IMG/VR virus record: IMGVR_UViG_3300048920_000015
Span: 1 to 64,000 of that record
Source of the DNA: a virus
Reading direction: 5' to 3' (one strand)
Length of the DNA: 64,000 nucleotides
Positions 39,720 through 48,680 of the stretch are shown piece by piece. The translations under genes were made by a program, and so were the position numbers. The notes under the pieces were generated by a model, which was given only the letters and a program-made list of their open reading frames with translations, ran no database searches and was not told the origin of the DNA. Each line of letters starts with the position of its first letter. The stretch's first letter is position 1.

Positions 39720-41192
39720 TTAATTACCAATGGCAACCCAATAGACAAGTGCCGGAGAGAAATATCCACTGTTGATCGTAGCTTGAGTTTTGTCGTTAAA
39801 ACCAAATGTCAAGATAGAGTCTGTTCCAAGGTTGTAACCAAAACCACCAAAAGTAGCCAACCCAATAAACCCAATTGTTGGGAATGGGATTGGGAAAGTA
39901 ATCCCAACACCACCATTAGCTGGTGCAGTTGTAGAACCCCATTGAATAATCAAACCACTCGGAAGCTTCTGATAGCCATTCTGACCAATAAGAGATGTGA
40001 AATCTAGATTACCAGATACACCAAAAACATCCCTTGTAGACAAGTTTCCAAGTCCAAGGTTGTTTCTTGCAGATTGGGTGTTAGTCAGATCAGAGAAGTT
40101 ATTTGCTGTTAGAAGTACAGCAGACGAATTCAAAACAGATGCAGAACCCAGTCCAAGGTTTGTCCTTGCAGCAGCGGTGTTAGTAAGTCCAGCCAAGTTT
40201 TCAGATTTTAGGGACAAAGAAGCAAGTGGTGTGATCGCTGTAGATGTTAGTCCAAGGTTTGTCCTTGCAGCAGATGGGAACGTTACGTCTGATAGATTCT
40301 GACCTGCTCTGAGAAAGTAGTTCTCAGGCTGGGTTGCAGTTGAGGTGATCCCGAGGTTTGTCCTTGCGATACCAGCGTTAGCAACTTCGCTAAGGTTATT
40401 AGCAACCTGAAAGAAAGTTCCGATATTTTGAGTTGCGGAAGTGCCAAGTCCAAGGTTATTTCTTGCTACTGCTGGATCACCAAGACCTGCCAAGTTACCA
40501 CTCTTTTTAAGGTATACAGTAGCAGCCTTAAGTGGTGTGAGTGCAGTTAGATCATCCAAACCACCCTCGGTCAGACCTGTAGTTGAAAGCTTAACAACCC
40601 CAGACACAGATTCTGTAGCCTGATTGAGAAGAGAAGCCACTTGTCCGAGTCTTACAGCGTGCTCTGGTTGTGTTGCCAATGCAACGCTGAAAACCTGAGT
40701 AGAGCTACCATTCAAACCTGCGAACCTTGTATCAGATTCTGATTTAGAGTAAACAGATAGGTTAGTTCTGGCTCCTGCCAAGTTCCCGATGCCAGATAGT
40801 GTTTGATAATTTGTAATATGAGTTGCCAACGCCGCAGAAACAACAGCAACACTTCCGTAAGTTTCAAAAGCTACAGCCCAAAACAAATTGTTCAGGGAGT
40901 TAGATGGGTCTTTGTTTGTGTTTGTTTGCAGGCATTTATAGATCACGCCGTCAGAGCCTTGAGTATAACTCAACAGCCCTTGGTACTCAGTTCCAGAGTC
41001 CCACTCAGGGACTCCATGTTGACTAAAATGAGCGATGGCTTGGTCTTGTCTGTTATCAACCCAGTTTTGGTATTCGTATGGTGGTAGCTGAACTACCCAC
41101 CCAATGTTCACTTTTGTGCTACCTGGGTTTATTTTTGTACCACCGTTGGCCCAAATGTTACTAAGGCCAGCGGGTTTCGTAATGTTAGCCAT
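39720..41192 (-). CDS. tail fibre protein 1, 490 aa, with six A-R-T/N-N-L-G-L repeats
   Basis: N-terminus homologous to fibre 2 (GW..E/Q..P...W.NW..NRQDQ..A......PEWD..TEY). Repeated ARTNLGL motif. Confidence 0.8.
   Translation of the reverse strand: MANITKPAGLSNIWANGGTKINPGSTKVNIGWVVQLPPYEYQNWVDNRQDQAIAHFSQHGVPEWDSGTEYQGLLSYTQGSDGVIYKCLQTNTNKDPSNSLNNLFWAVAFETYGSVAVVSAALATHITNYQTLSGIGNLAGARTNLSVYSKSESDTRFAGLNGSSTQVFSVALATQPEHAVRLGQVASLLNQATESVSGVVKLSTTGLTEGGLDDLTALTPLKAATVYLKKSGNLAGLGDPAVARNNLGLGTSATQNIGTFFQVANNLSEVANAGIARTNLGITSTATQPENYFLRAGQNLSDVTFPSAARTNLGLTSTAITPLASLSLKSENLAGLTNTAAARTNLGLGSASVLNSSAVLLTANNFSDLTNTQSARNNLGLGNLSTRDVFGVSGNLDFTSLIGQNGYQKLPSGLIIQWGSTTAPANGGVGITFPIPFPTIGFIGLATFGGFGYNLGTDSILTFGFNDKTQATINSGYFSPALVYWVAIGN
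40015..40775. repeat. imperfect DNA repeats encoding the ARTNLGL units of fibre 1
   Basis: For example, gtccaaggtttgtccttgcagcag recurs near 40151 and 40250, with variants near 40042, 40350 and 40447. Confidence 0.6.
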
Positions 41193-41213
41193 TATTTAAA
41201 TCCTCTTTAAGTT

Positions 41214-41558
41214 TCACTGTTGAGCATCTGGGGCCTTTGGTCTCAACCCAGATACTGGGAATCCCTCAACCTCTGGGTAAACCCTCAAGCTTTTGCGGTA
41301 CTCTCTCCAAGCTCTAACTGAGCCAGTTCCGTCGCCATCCTGAGCTTTGTTAAGCTCAATGTCCGCACGTGTTAGTTCAGAATCTCTCCAGTACCTCTCA
41401 ATTGCAATTAGAGATTCTACAGATTGCTCTGGATTGAGGTGCTTATACACCTCACATTCTTCCATAGCTACAAAGTCTTTGGTGATTAGGTAGTCCTGAG
41501 ACCCATCTAATTCAAATGCAAAGACTTCATTGGTTTCTTTGTTTTTGTAGTATTTCAT
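41214..41558 (-). CDS. tail fibre assembly chaperone (Tfa-like), 114 aa
   Basis: WRDSELTRADIELNKAQDGD...AWREYRKSLRVYPE is typical of Tfa proteins. Sits between the two fibre genes. Confidence 0.7.
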   Translation of the reverse strand: MKYYKNKETNEVFAFELDGSQDYLITKDFVAMEECEVYKHLNPEQSVESLIAIERYWRDSELTRADIELNKAQDGDGTGSVRAWREYRKSLRVYPEVEGFPVSGLRPKAPDAQQ

Positions 41559-43243
41559 TATCTAAGCTCCCACCAAGAGTTGAGTGTCAAAGAAGCTGTA
41601 ACATTATATGTAGCCCCTACTGGAATGATTACAGTACTTGCACCATGTGTCTGACCACTAGGAGAATCCCCAGCCCCAAAGACAAATGCTGTTCCGCCAT
41701 TAACAGACACAGAGATTGGGGCAAACGCCCCGGCCCCTAGGCTACCGTATACAGCAATCATTATTGGTTTACCTGTACTATTGGTATAAGTGGTGCTCAA
41801 AGCACGACTGGCTGTCATATTTGTCCAAGTCTGACCAGACCCGATACCAGCACCACCAACAGTGGCCCATGCACCGCCCTGATACCCTTCGAATGTACTA
41901 ATATCACTGTTGTAACGTAGCATCCCGTTGGTTGGAGTTCCGGGCCTTGTGCCTGTGGCCCCAGATGGGATACTAGCAGCACCTGTAGCACTATCTTGTG
42001 GCACAACAGGAAGTGAAATGTTAGCAGTACCATCGAAAGACACTCCTTGGATAGTTCTTGCTGTAGCTAGTCTAGTGGCTGTCTCAGCATTTTTACCTGC
42101 GAGTTGAACGGGAAGCCTTGCTAGGGGTAGTGTGCCAGATGTCAAGTTATCTGCCACATCGGCGCCAATTGCAGACCTAAATGCAGCAGCAGTGGTAGAT
42201 GCAAGCACACCACGTGAGAAGCTTGTTAGGGTTGTCAGAGCAGTTGCCGAACTAGATGTAAAGTACGGAAGCTGGTCTGCTGCAAATGTTGTAAAACTCA
42301 AAGCAGAAAGACTAGCAGATAGTGGCTGTCTTGTGGCAAGTCCAGATGTTAGGTTGGACGCCACTGTTGCAGAACTATCAACTTCTAGGGTAGCCCTAGC
42401 AGCAGTAGCATCAGCATCGTCAAGTAGTGTACGAGAGAACACAGTGATATCTGTTGTAGCTACAGTAGAAGTACCTGTAAAATACGGCAGCTTGTTGGTG
42501 CTTGGTGTTAGGGTGGCAAGTGTTGTTAGTGTTGCATTAAGTGGCTGTCTTGTGGCAAGTCCAGCGGCTAGAGCAGCGTTAACATCAGTAGAACTATCAA
42601 CACCAAGCACCAATCTCGCAGCTACAGCATCTGTAGAGGAAATAAAACTACGACCAAAAGCTGTAAGGGTTGTGATACCCATAGCTGTTGTTCCTGTGAA
42701 GTATGGGAGTCCATTTGTTACAGCAGTTACACCAGACAAAGATGTCAAGTTAACGGAAGCCTGTTGTGCAGAGATTGTATCTCTTACAGAGCTGGCGTCA
42801 GTGTCATCTAGGATAGTTCTTGCAAAAGGAGACAAAGTTGTTGTAGACGCAGAATTTGTTCCTGTGAAGTATGGGAGTTGGTTTGCACCTGGGGTTAGGG
42901 AACCTAGTGCTGTGGAAGCAATAGAATAGTCAGAAAAAGCTTTTACCCAGTTTGTCAGAAGAACTGGATCAGAGTTAGTACTTGTCGCTGTTGCTTTATA
43001 TACAGTACCGTTACGTTGAACGTAAGACTTATTGATAATGTACTCTGTTGTGGCATCCCATTCTGGGAAACCCTTCTGTAGCATGTAAGCGATGTTCTGG
43101 TCTTGACGGTTTTCAAACCAGTTCCACCACTGGCGAGGTACCACTTCAACACCCCAACCTGCGCGAATCTTAGCGGAGTCTGGAGAAACAACGTCGCCAG
43201 CAACGGCCCAGATGTCCGTCATGTCGTATTTAATCAGGTCCAT
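41558..43243 (-). CDS. tail fibre protein 2, 561 aa, with four ~48-aa LPYFTG repeats
   Basis: Shared N-terminal domain. Repeats xxLPYFTGTxxxxxTxLTxFxRxxL. C-terminal ATARTIQGVSFDGTANISLPV. Confidence 0.8.
   Translation of the reverse strand: MDLIKYDMTDIWAVAGDVVSPDSAKIRAGWGVEVVPRQWWNWFENRQDQNIAYMLQKGFPEWDATTEYIINKSYVQRNGTVYKATATSTNSDPVLLTNWVKAFSDYSIASTALGSLTPGANQLPYFTGTNSASTTTLSPFARTILDDTDASSVRDTISAQQASVNLTSLSGVTAVTNGLPYFTGTTAMGITTLTAFGRSFISSTDAVAARLVLGVDSSTDVNAALAAGLATRQPLNATLTTLATLTPSTNKLPYFTGTSTVATTDITVFSRTLLDDADATAARATLEVDSSATVASNLTSGLATRQPLSASLSALSFTTFAADQLPYFTSSSATALTTLTSFSRGVLASTTAAAFRSAIGADVADNLTSGTLPLARLPVQLAGKNAETATRLATARTIQGVSFDGTANISLPVVPQDSATGAASIPSGATGTRPGTPTNGMLRYNSDISTFEGYQGGAWATVGGAGIGSGQTWTNMTASRALSTTYTNSTGKPIMIAVYGSLGAGAFAPISVSVNGGTAFVFGAGDSPSGQTHGASTVIIPVGATYNVTASLTLNSWWELR
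42190..42915. repeat. four tandem ~145-bp repeats encoding the LPYFTG modules
   Basis: The periodicity also shows in the antisense shadow ORF 42132..42929 (repeated VKYGS). Confidence 0.65.
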
Positions 43244-43253
43244 TTTTGTTCCT

Positions 43254-43988
43254 TTATGTAATTAGATTAGATAGGAATCCACCAACAGATGGATCATTCA
43301 GATCACCAGTACCCTGAGCACCGGGAAATCCATCTGTAGCAAAAACCCTTCCAGCTTGGAATTCAGAGTACGAATACTTCACGCCCGCTGGTTTTGGAAG
43401 TAGTGTGCCAGCGCCTCCTAGGTCAAACAACAGCCCACGTTCTACGTTGTTAAGAATCTTACCAATCCCGATTCTAACCTCAGCAGGCGCTGATTCTTCA
43501 ACTGTCACTTGAGAAGCACCGAACAAGAACTTGTAAGCAGTGATAACATCTTCTGGTCTGGCAAGTGTTCTATTCTTGATGATTTTCGCTTTTAGAATCA
43601 GCCTATACTCATCATCAGATGGTTGACGACTGATACCACGTGGAGCATCAAGAGAATACCACTGACCACCAACTGTAGGGTCAGTAGTGGAAGAGAAGGA
43701 TGCAGCTTGTGCCTCACCATCAAAACCAAAGTAGTAAAAGATGTCAGAGGTTACAAGGCCGCGTGGACGGCCTACAATCTCCCCAATAACATCAAGTTGT
43801 GCACCAACTGCTGTATCCAAAGAACGCAGTTGCATTGTATCTTGAATGACGTTTTGTAGCTCGACCTTGCCGGAGAGCAGAAGCTGTAGGTACTTGTCAT
43901 AAATTGTCTTGCCTTTAAATTGTTCTGTGACACGCGAGCGTGCCACATTCAAAAACTCTTCATTGACAAATGGATTGTATTCGCTCAC
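43254..43988 (-). CDS. baseplate / fibre-attachment protein (gpI / DUF2612-like by position), 244 aa
   Basis: Track ORF. Lies between the J-like baseplate protein and the fibre. Confidence 0.55.
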   Translation of the reverse strand: MSEYNPFVNEEFLNVARSRVTEQFKGKTIYDKYLQLLLSGKVELQNVIQDTMQLRSLDTAVGAQLDVIGEIVGRPRGLVTSDIFYYFGFDGEAQAASFSSTTDPTVGGQWYSLDAPRGISRQPSDDEYRLILKAKIIKNRTLARPEDVITAYKFLFGASQVTVEESAPAEVRIGIGKILNNVERGLLFDLGGAGTLLPKPAGVKYSYSEFQAGRVFATDGFPGAQGTGDLNDPSVGGFLSNLIT

Positions 43989-44001
43989 GTAGCCTCCAGA
44001 G

Positions 44002-45459
44002 TTAAACGACTGTCACAATGATGTTGTCAGCACTGATCACACCTACTTCATCATAACCAATCGTAATGTTTACCATGCCTGTTGGGCTTGGTGCTGTTCC
44101 AATTGTAAGGGAGTTGACTGTGAAGCCCGGCACACTGTTGATTGGAGTGTACAGACGGGAGTAGATCACGTCATCACCGATGAACTGGTTAGTGTCAGAG
44201 TAGTCAACAAGTTTTTGTTTGATCTGAGCATCCGCATCACCCGGCATTGTCCCAAGAGAGCTAATTGTCATCTCAACGTAAACAGGAACTTCAGTTGGTT
44301 GTTTGTACGAGATGCTGTGAAGGAATCCTTGACTATCAGCAATCTGCACAGTTGTATTCCCAACAGAAGGGATACCAGTTGGTTTGTTTTCCCAGATGGC
44401 TTGTGCAATGTCAGATGGAAGGCCACCAAGAACAATCGGCAAGAAGCTGTGAGCTGGAACTCCGAGGGAGTCAACAACACCTGTATCGTTCTCATAAACG
44501 ATTGCGTCAGTTACCCCAGCGACGTTTTTAAGTGCGTCGAGGATACCTTCGATGATGTTCTGAGATTGGAAGAACTTGCTGTTACGGAAACGTTCACGTA
44601 GTTCTTCGTCAGTCTCTGTAAGACGGCCTGTTGTGGCTCCTACAGGGTTGACGACAGAATCCCATCCAGAGATGGGTACAGAGATGGTGTCAATGGCTAG
44701 AGCTTCTTGTGGGTATGGCCCAACAATATCATCAACTACAATTCCAAGCTTCCTTACTTTCTGAACTTGCAGGTTCACGCTCACAGTGAAGTCAGCGATT
44801 TGGAAAGGATCAGTCCTAGTAATGTATAGTCTACCATTAGATTGGTATGTTGTAAAGGTGGAACCGAACAAAGTATCAACTTTATTTTGCAAACCATCCA
44901 TAATCGTCTGTGCAGTGTTACCGCTGGAAGGTGTTGTGAAGATAGCATCAAGATAGTTGATACCATCAGTGCTGTAACTGAAGCGGTAATCTGTGCTGTT
45001 AGCTACTGTTGTAGGGTACACACCGATACCAGATGCAGCATTCATACTCATTGTCACTGGGTTTAGGATAGAGAACACACGTTGAGTGCTGGAACTGTAA
45101 GCCTTGCCTTGTGGAGAGCTGATAATGATGTTCTGGTCACCTTCAAGGATTACTTGTGCTCGTGTGGATTGTGCAGGAAGGCGTGTGATACCGCTGAGAG
45201 CCACGATGTTATCTAGGGCTACACCGATAGCTGTTGTTGGGTTAAAGCTGTCAAACACTTGCTGTAGGGCTTCCCAGAGGGATGCTTCAGCGGGGGCGAT
45301 AACCCCAATCATACGTCCAAGAGCACCAACATCAGAAACGTCTACAACGTCACCAGCAGGAACAAGATCAGAGAAGATGGATGCGGCGTTTGTTTTGTAG
45401 TCTGTTAGAACGTCATCCAACGTTTTGATTTCCAGACCTTGGCGAGAAAGACCAGCCAT
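44002..45459 (-). CDS. baseplate J-like protein, 485 aa
   Basis: Size and position in the W-J-I order. Confidence 0.65.
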   Translation of the reverse strand: MAGLSRQGLEIKTLDDVLTDYKTNAASIFSDLVPAGDVVDVSDVGALGRMIGVIAPAEASLWEALQQVFDSFNPTTAIGVALDNIVALSGITRLPAQSTRAQVILEGDQNIIISSPQGKAYSSSTQRVFSILNPVTMSMNAASGIGVYPTTVANSTDYRFSYSTDGINYLDAIFTTPSSGNTAQTIMDGLQNKVDTLFGSTFTTYQSNGRLYITRTDPFQIADFTVSVNLQVQKVRKLGIVVDDIVGPYPQEALAIDTISVPISGWDSVVNPVGATTGRLTETDEELRERFRNSKFFQSQNIIEGILDALKNVAGVTDAIVYENDTGVVDSLGVPAHSFLPIVLGGLPSDIAQAIWENKPTGIPSVGNTTVQIADSQGFLHSISYKQPTEVPVYVEMTISSLGTMPGDADAQIKQKLVDYSDTNQFIGDDVIYSRLYTPINSVPGFTVNSLTIGTAPSPTGMVNITIGYDEVGVISADNIIVTVV

Positions 45460-45460
45460 A

Positions 45461-45826
45461 TTAACCTCCGATATTAATTGTGATAGGAAGGGACGCTGTG
45501 TTGTCAGTGACCCTAACTTGGAATGTCATTGTGTATCCACGGTCATTGGACACTGTAGATTTGAAAGAAAGGATTTCGATAACACCGGGATCAGCACCAA
45601 TCAAACCTTGGAAGATAAGGTCGATGGTGGATTTCTTTTTAACCTTAGTGAAGATTTGCTGGATGTAAGGCACGCCGATTGTGTTATCCAGAAACCACTC
45701 TCCGTAGAATGTATAAAGTGTGATTCGAAGTCTTTGAGCAACGACATCGGCCTGTAGTTGCGTAACAGGGCAAGCCCCGTTTTGGAAAACGAGGTCGCCT
45801 GTCAAAGTGTCGATAAGCAAGTCCAT
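45461..45826 (-). CDS. baseplate wedge protein (gp25/W-like), 121 aa
   Basis: Size and position upstream of the J-like gene. Confidence 0.55.
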   Translation of the reverse strand: MDLLIDTLTGDLVFQNGACPVTQLQADVVAQRLRITLYTFYGEWFLDNTIGVPYIQQIFTKVKKKSTIDLIFQGLIGADPGVIEILSFKSTVSNDRGYTMTFQVRVTDNTASLPITINIGG

Positions 45827-45834
45827 AAATCTCC

Positions 45835-46614
45835 TTAACCAGCCACAGGGCCAGAAGTACCAGAACCGGGAGTAACGCCGGAGTGGAAGTGTGTGTCGAA
45901 CAGCACGCCGTTGAAACGAGCTTGACCGCTGATTGTGTAGTTACCAGTCTGGTTGTAGTTTCCAGAGTGAACTACGTTGCCAGTGATGTTTGTCGTGTTG
46001 GCATTGATGTTCATTGTTGGGGTGTTGAGCGTGTAAGACTCTGTGGCGTTTACAACACCTGTCTTGCAGTTCACTGTAACAGCTTGCTCAGTATTAATAA
46101 TCAAGTTACCAGCCTGCTTCAAGATGATATTCACTTCAGTGCCAGAGGCGATGTTGTGAGCGATACACAAGTCTCTGTTAGAGTCGTGTGGATACTTACG
46201 CACTTGTGGGTTGTTCAAACTCTTACCGAACGGGAACAATCCGGGAATAGCAACAGCATCTTGGTCAGAAAACTTTCTGTAGTCGTTAGCAGTTGTTGGT
46301 TCTCCACTACCAATCTTGAAGTTGTCCATAGATCGTTGAGAGAAAATACACAACACTGTATCACCATTGTTAATTGGGAAACTGATTAGAGTAGTGCTGC
46401 TGCCCGGAAAGATCACTGGGATACCAAGCATCTGCATACCCGGTTCACCAGTGCCATCCTTAAGCAAGTTATTTACAGATGGGACTACATCCACTTTCTG
46501 TTGTTTATTGTCTTGATACACATTCACAATCTTGCAAGGCATAGCTGTGTAAATATCAGACATGTCAATCTTAAACTGTGTTCTAATGATGTCCATTAGA
46601 TCAATATCAATCAT
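45835..46614 (-). CDS. baseplate central spike (gpV / Mu gp45 / gp138-N-like), 259 aa
   Basis: N-terminal OB-like region (PCKIVNV...VDVVP...IPVIFPG). C-terminal beta-helix repeats and a THFH motif. Confidence 0.65.
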   Translation of the reverse strand: MIDIDLMDIIRTQFKIDMSDIYTAMPCKIVNVYQDNKQQKVDVVPSVNNLLKDGTGEPGMQMLGIPVIFPGSSTTLISFPINNGDTVLCIFSQRSMDNFKIGSGEPTTANDYRKFSDQDAVAIPGLFPFGKSLNNPQVRKYPHDSNRDLCIAHNIASGTEVNIILKQAGNLIINTEQAVTVNCKTGVVNATESYTLNTPTMNINANTTNITGNVVHSGNYNQTGNYTISGQARFNGVLFDTHFHSGVTPGSGTSGPVAG

Positions 46615-47534
46615 ACCAAATCCTCCGCTTGTACTTCAGAACAGAAGCATTCGACGTACCAATCATTACCACGGAAGTCTCCACTAAAGCGAGCAGTGTT
46701 CACACGGTAGAATCCAGTGATCCACTTAGACTCAAGCTTGACAATCTTACCGGGAACAATGTCAGTGTTGAGCAAAGCTTTAAACTGAACACCACGACGA
46801 CGTTTTTTATCCTTCTTAGGTTTACGGCCTGTTTCAGATGTATGAAATGGAAGGTCAATCAATCCTGTGTATGGGTTAATCACTGGAGCGAGTACAGTGT
46901 CTTTGGACAGCAGGCCGTTCTCTTCAGAGACGTTCAACACACCAGAGTTGATGTTGTATTCAAGGTTCTGTGCTTCACACAGCTTCATCAGCATCTCTCT
47001 AGGACTGCCCTTCAATCTCCAACCAAACACGATTGGGTTGTTCAAGTTGGTCCCAGTGTAAGCCCCACGTGCAACTCCAGGCATCTGTTCTCTAATCTCT
47101 TCAAGAACATCAGCAACTGTTTTACCCGGACTGACCATCTTAGCTAGCTGTTCATGGTTAAGGGCTGTGTAACCCTCACCAATCTTCAACTGTGTTACAT
47201 AGTCATTGCCACTTTTAACTGTGGAACTCTCTGTGACATTGCCTTGTACAAGCAAGTGAGCGCCGTTCTCTTTGTATCCAACGGACAGTGAAACTTCAAG
47301 GTAGTCACTTTCAAGGAGTTTGATCTGGTCATCGGATAGGTTGTAAATCTCAATTACGGCAGAGTTACCGTTGTTTCGTTTGTTATCAGCACTCTTGGAG
47401 ATATCAAAGCGAATCTCCCAAGGGTTTTCACTTAGCGCACCTTGAGAGTCAATCTTAGGGTTCTCAATCAACAACCCATTTCCTGTCTTGTAATCTCCGA
47501 CAGTTAGAGAGAATACCCTATCCTTCTGAGCCAT
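46611..47534 (-). CDS. baseplate hub-associated protein (gpD / Mu P-like by position), 307 aa
   Basis: Synteny only. Confidence 0.5.
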   Translation of the reverse strand: MAQKDRVFSLTVGDYKTGNGLLIENPKIDSQGALSENPWEIRFDISKSADNKRNNGNSAVIEIYNLSDDQIKLLESDYLEVSLSVGYKENGAHLLVQGNVTESSTVKSGNDYVTQLKIGEGYTALNHEQLAKMVSPGKTVADVLEEIREQMPGVARGAYTGTNLNNPIVFGWRLKGSPREMLMKLCEAQNLEYNINSGVLNVSEENGLLSKDTVLAPVINPYTGLIDLPFHTSETGRKPKKDKKRRRGVQFKALLNTDIVPGKIVKLESKWITGFYRVNTARFSGDFRGNDWYVECFCSEVQAEDLV

Positions 47535-47536
47535 GA

Positions 47537-47878
47537 TTAATCCTCGACGTTATAGACATAAAAGAGACTGAAGAACTCAGGCATGATGTCCGACTCTTCA
47601 GTGATTTTGTTTGAAATGGTCGAGTTAACTGGAAGAAGAATGAAGTAGCCAGTAAGGCCGTAATCCTCCAAGTTGTAGTCAACCATCATTGGATACTGAG
47701 GAACTAGGGCGTAACCAAGCAAAATAGGTGTCTGGTCTTCCATCCTCAAATCCATGTGCCACTGCGAACAGCGAGTGTTCCAGTAGAATGTAAATTGCCA
47801 AGATTGCCCTTCGATACTCAATCCATAACGATACTTCAAGTCCGTGTACAGAGGGAGTTCTACATAAACTGTTGACAT
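47537..47878 (-). CDS. tail/baseplate assembly protein, 113 aa
   Basis: Track ORF in the baseplate module. Confidence 0.5.
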   Translation of the reverse strand: MSTVYVELPLYTDLKYRYGLSIEGQSWQFTFYWNTRCSQWHMDLRMEDQTPILLGYALVPQYPMMVDYNLEDYGLTGYFILLPVNSTISNKITEESDIMPEFFSLFYVYNVED

Positions 47879-47888
47879 AGATCACCTC

Positions 47889-48680
47889 TTAGTTGTTTGT
47901 TGCGTTAACTGTTGTAGCCTTTGCAGCGGAAGCATCTTTCTTTGTATTGCTCTGTGGGGCGTTATCTGGCGGAACTTCAGTCTCTGCCTTCTTGGTTGTG
48001 GTCCCACTTTTACGACCTTTGTTAGCTGTCTTAATTTTAACAGCAACCTCTTTAAGGTCAGTAAAGACAACTTCCTCGATAGTCATATCAGGGAATACCC
48101 CTTCACCAGTAGTATCGTCTTCACGGAACGACAAATTTGTAAAGATGCAAGGTCCGTAAGTTTCAATAACGAAGTCATCAAGAAGTTCCAATACCTGAAA
48201 CTCTTCTCTGTTGTTTCGCATACTTACAAGTTCACGCTTGACAGCCCTAGCAGTCTTAGCCCTATTTTGTGGGGTTACAGTAGCTACAGGAATAGTGTCC
48301 TTTGTGAACTGTGCAATGACCTCTGGAAGTAGTTTGTTGATGGTGTCCTTGTTCTCAATAGTTACCGGAGTTACAGCACCACTGTTAGTTGTGTACTGCT
48401 TGTCAACAGGTTTGTACAGACCGTTCTCATCTACACTGATACTTCCGTTATCGAATGTAGCCAACTTGCCGAGGTTGTACGGACGGTTGATGTTGAAGTC
48501 AGCGTCAGTCAAAACCCCTGCAATGTTGATTACAAGGTTCTCATTTGTTGTGTGGTCGGAAACGTAGCCACCTGTGGCAACAGGATGCTTAGTCACGCTG
48601 GACTGGTAAGTCAGTCCATACTGAGTGATAGCATCAAACCACATAATATCTCCGTTACCTCTTCGAATAACAATCGACAT
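47889..48680 (-). CDS. tail protein downstream of the tape measure (Mu gpN / DNA-circulation-like position), 263 aa
   Basis: Synteny. N-terminal SSVTKHPVATGGYVSDH motif. Confidence 0.5.
   Translation of the reverse strand: MSIVIRRGNGDIMWFDAITQYGLTYQSSVTKHPVATGGYVSDHTTNENLVINIAGVLTDADFNINRPYNLGKLATFDNGSISVDENGLYKPVDKQYTTNSGAVTPVTIENKDTINKLLPEVIAQFTKDTIPVATVTPQNRAKTARAVKRELVSMRNNREEFQVLELLDDFVIETYGPCIFTNLSFREDDTTGEGVFPDMTIEEVVFTDLKEVAVKIKTANKGRKSGTTTKKAETEVPPDNAPQSNTKKDASAAKATTVNATNN

Noticed and set aside
42132-42929. 265-aa plus-strand ORF with striking internal repeats (VKYGS...).
   Set aside because: It is the antisense image of the four LPYFTG repeats of tail fibre 2. The periodicity belongs to the minus-strand gene.
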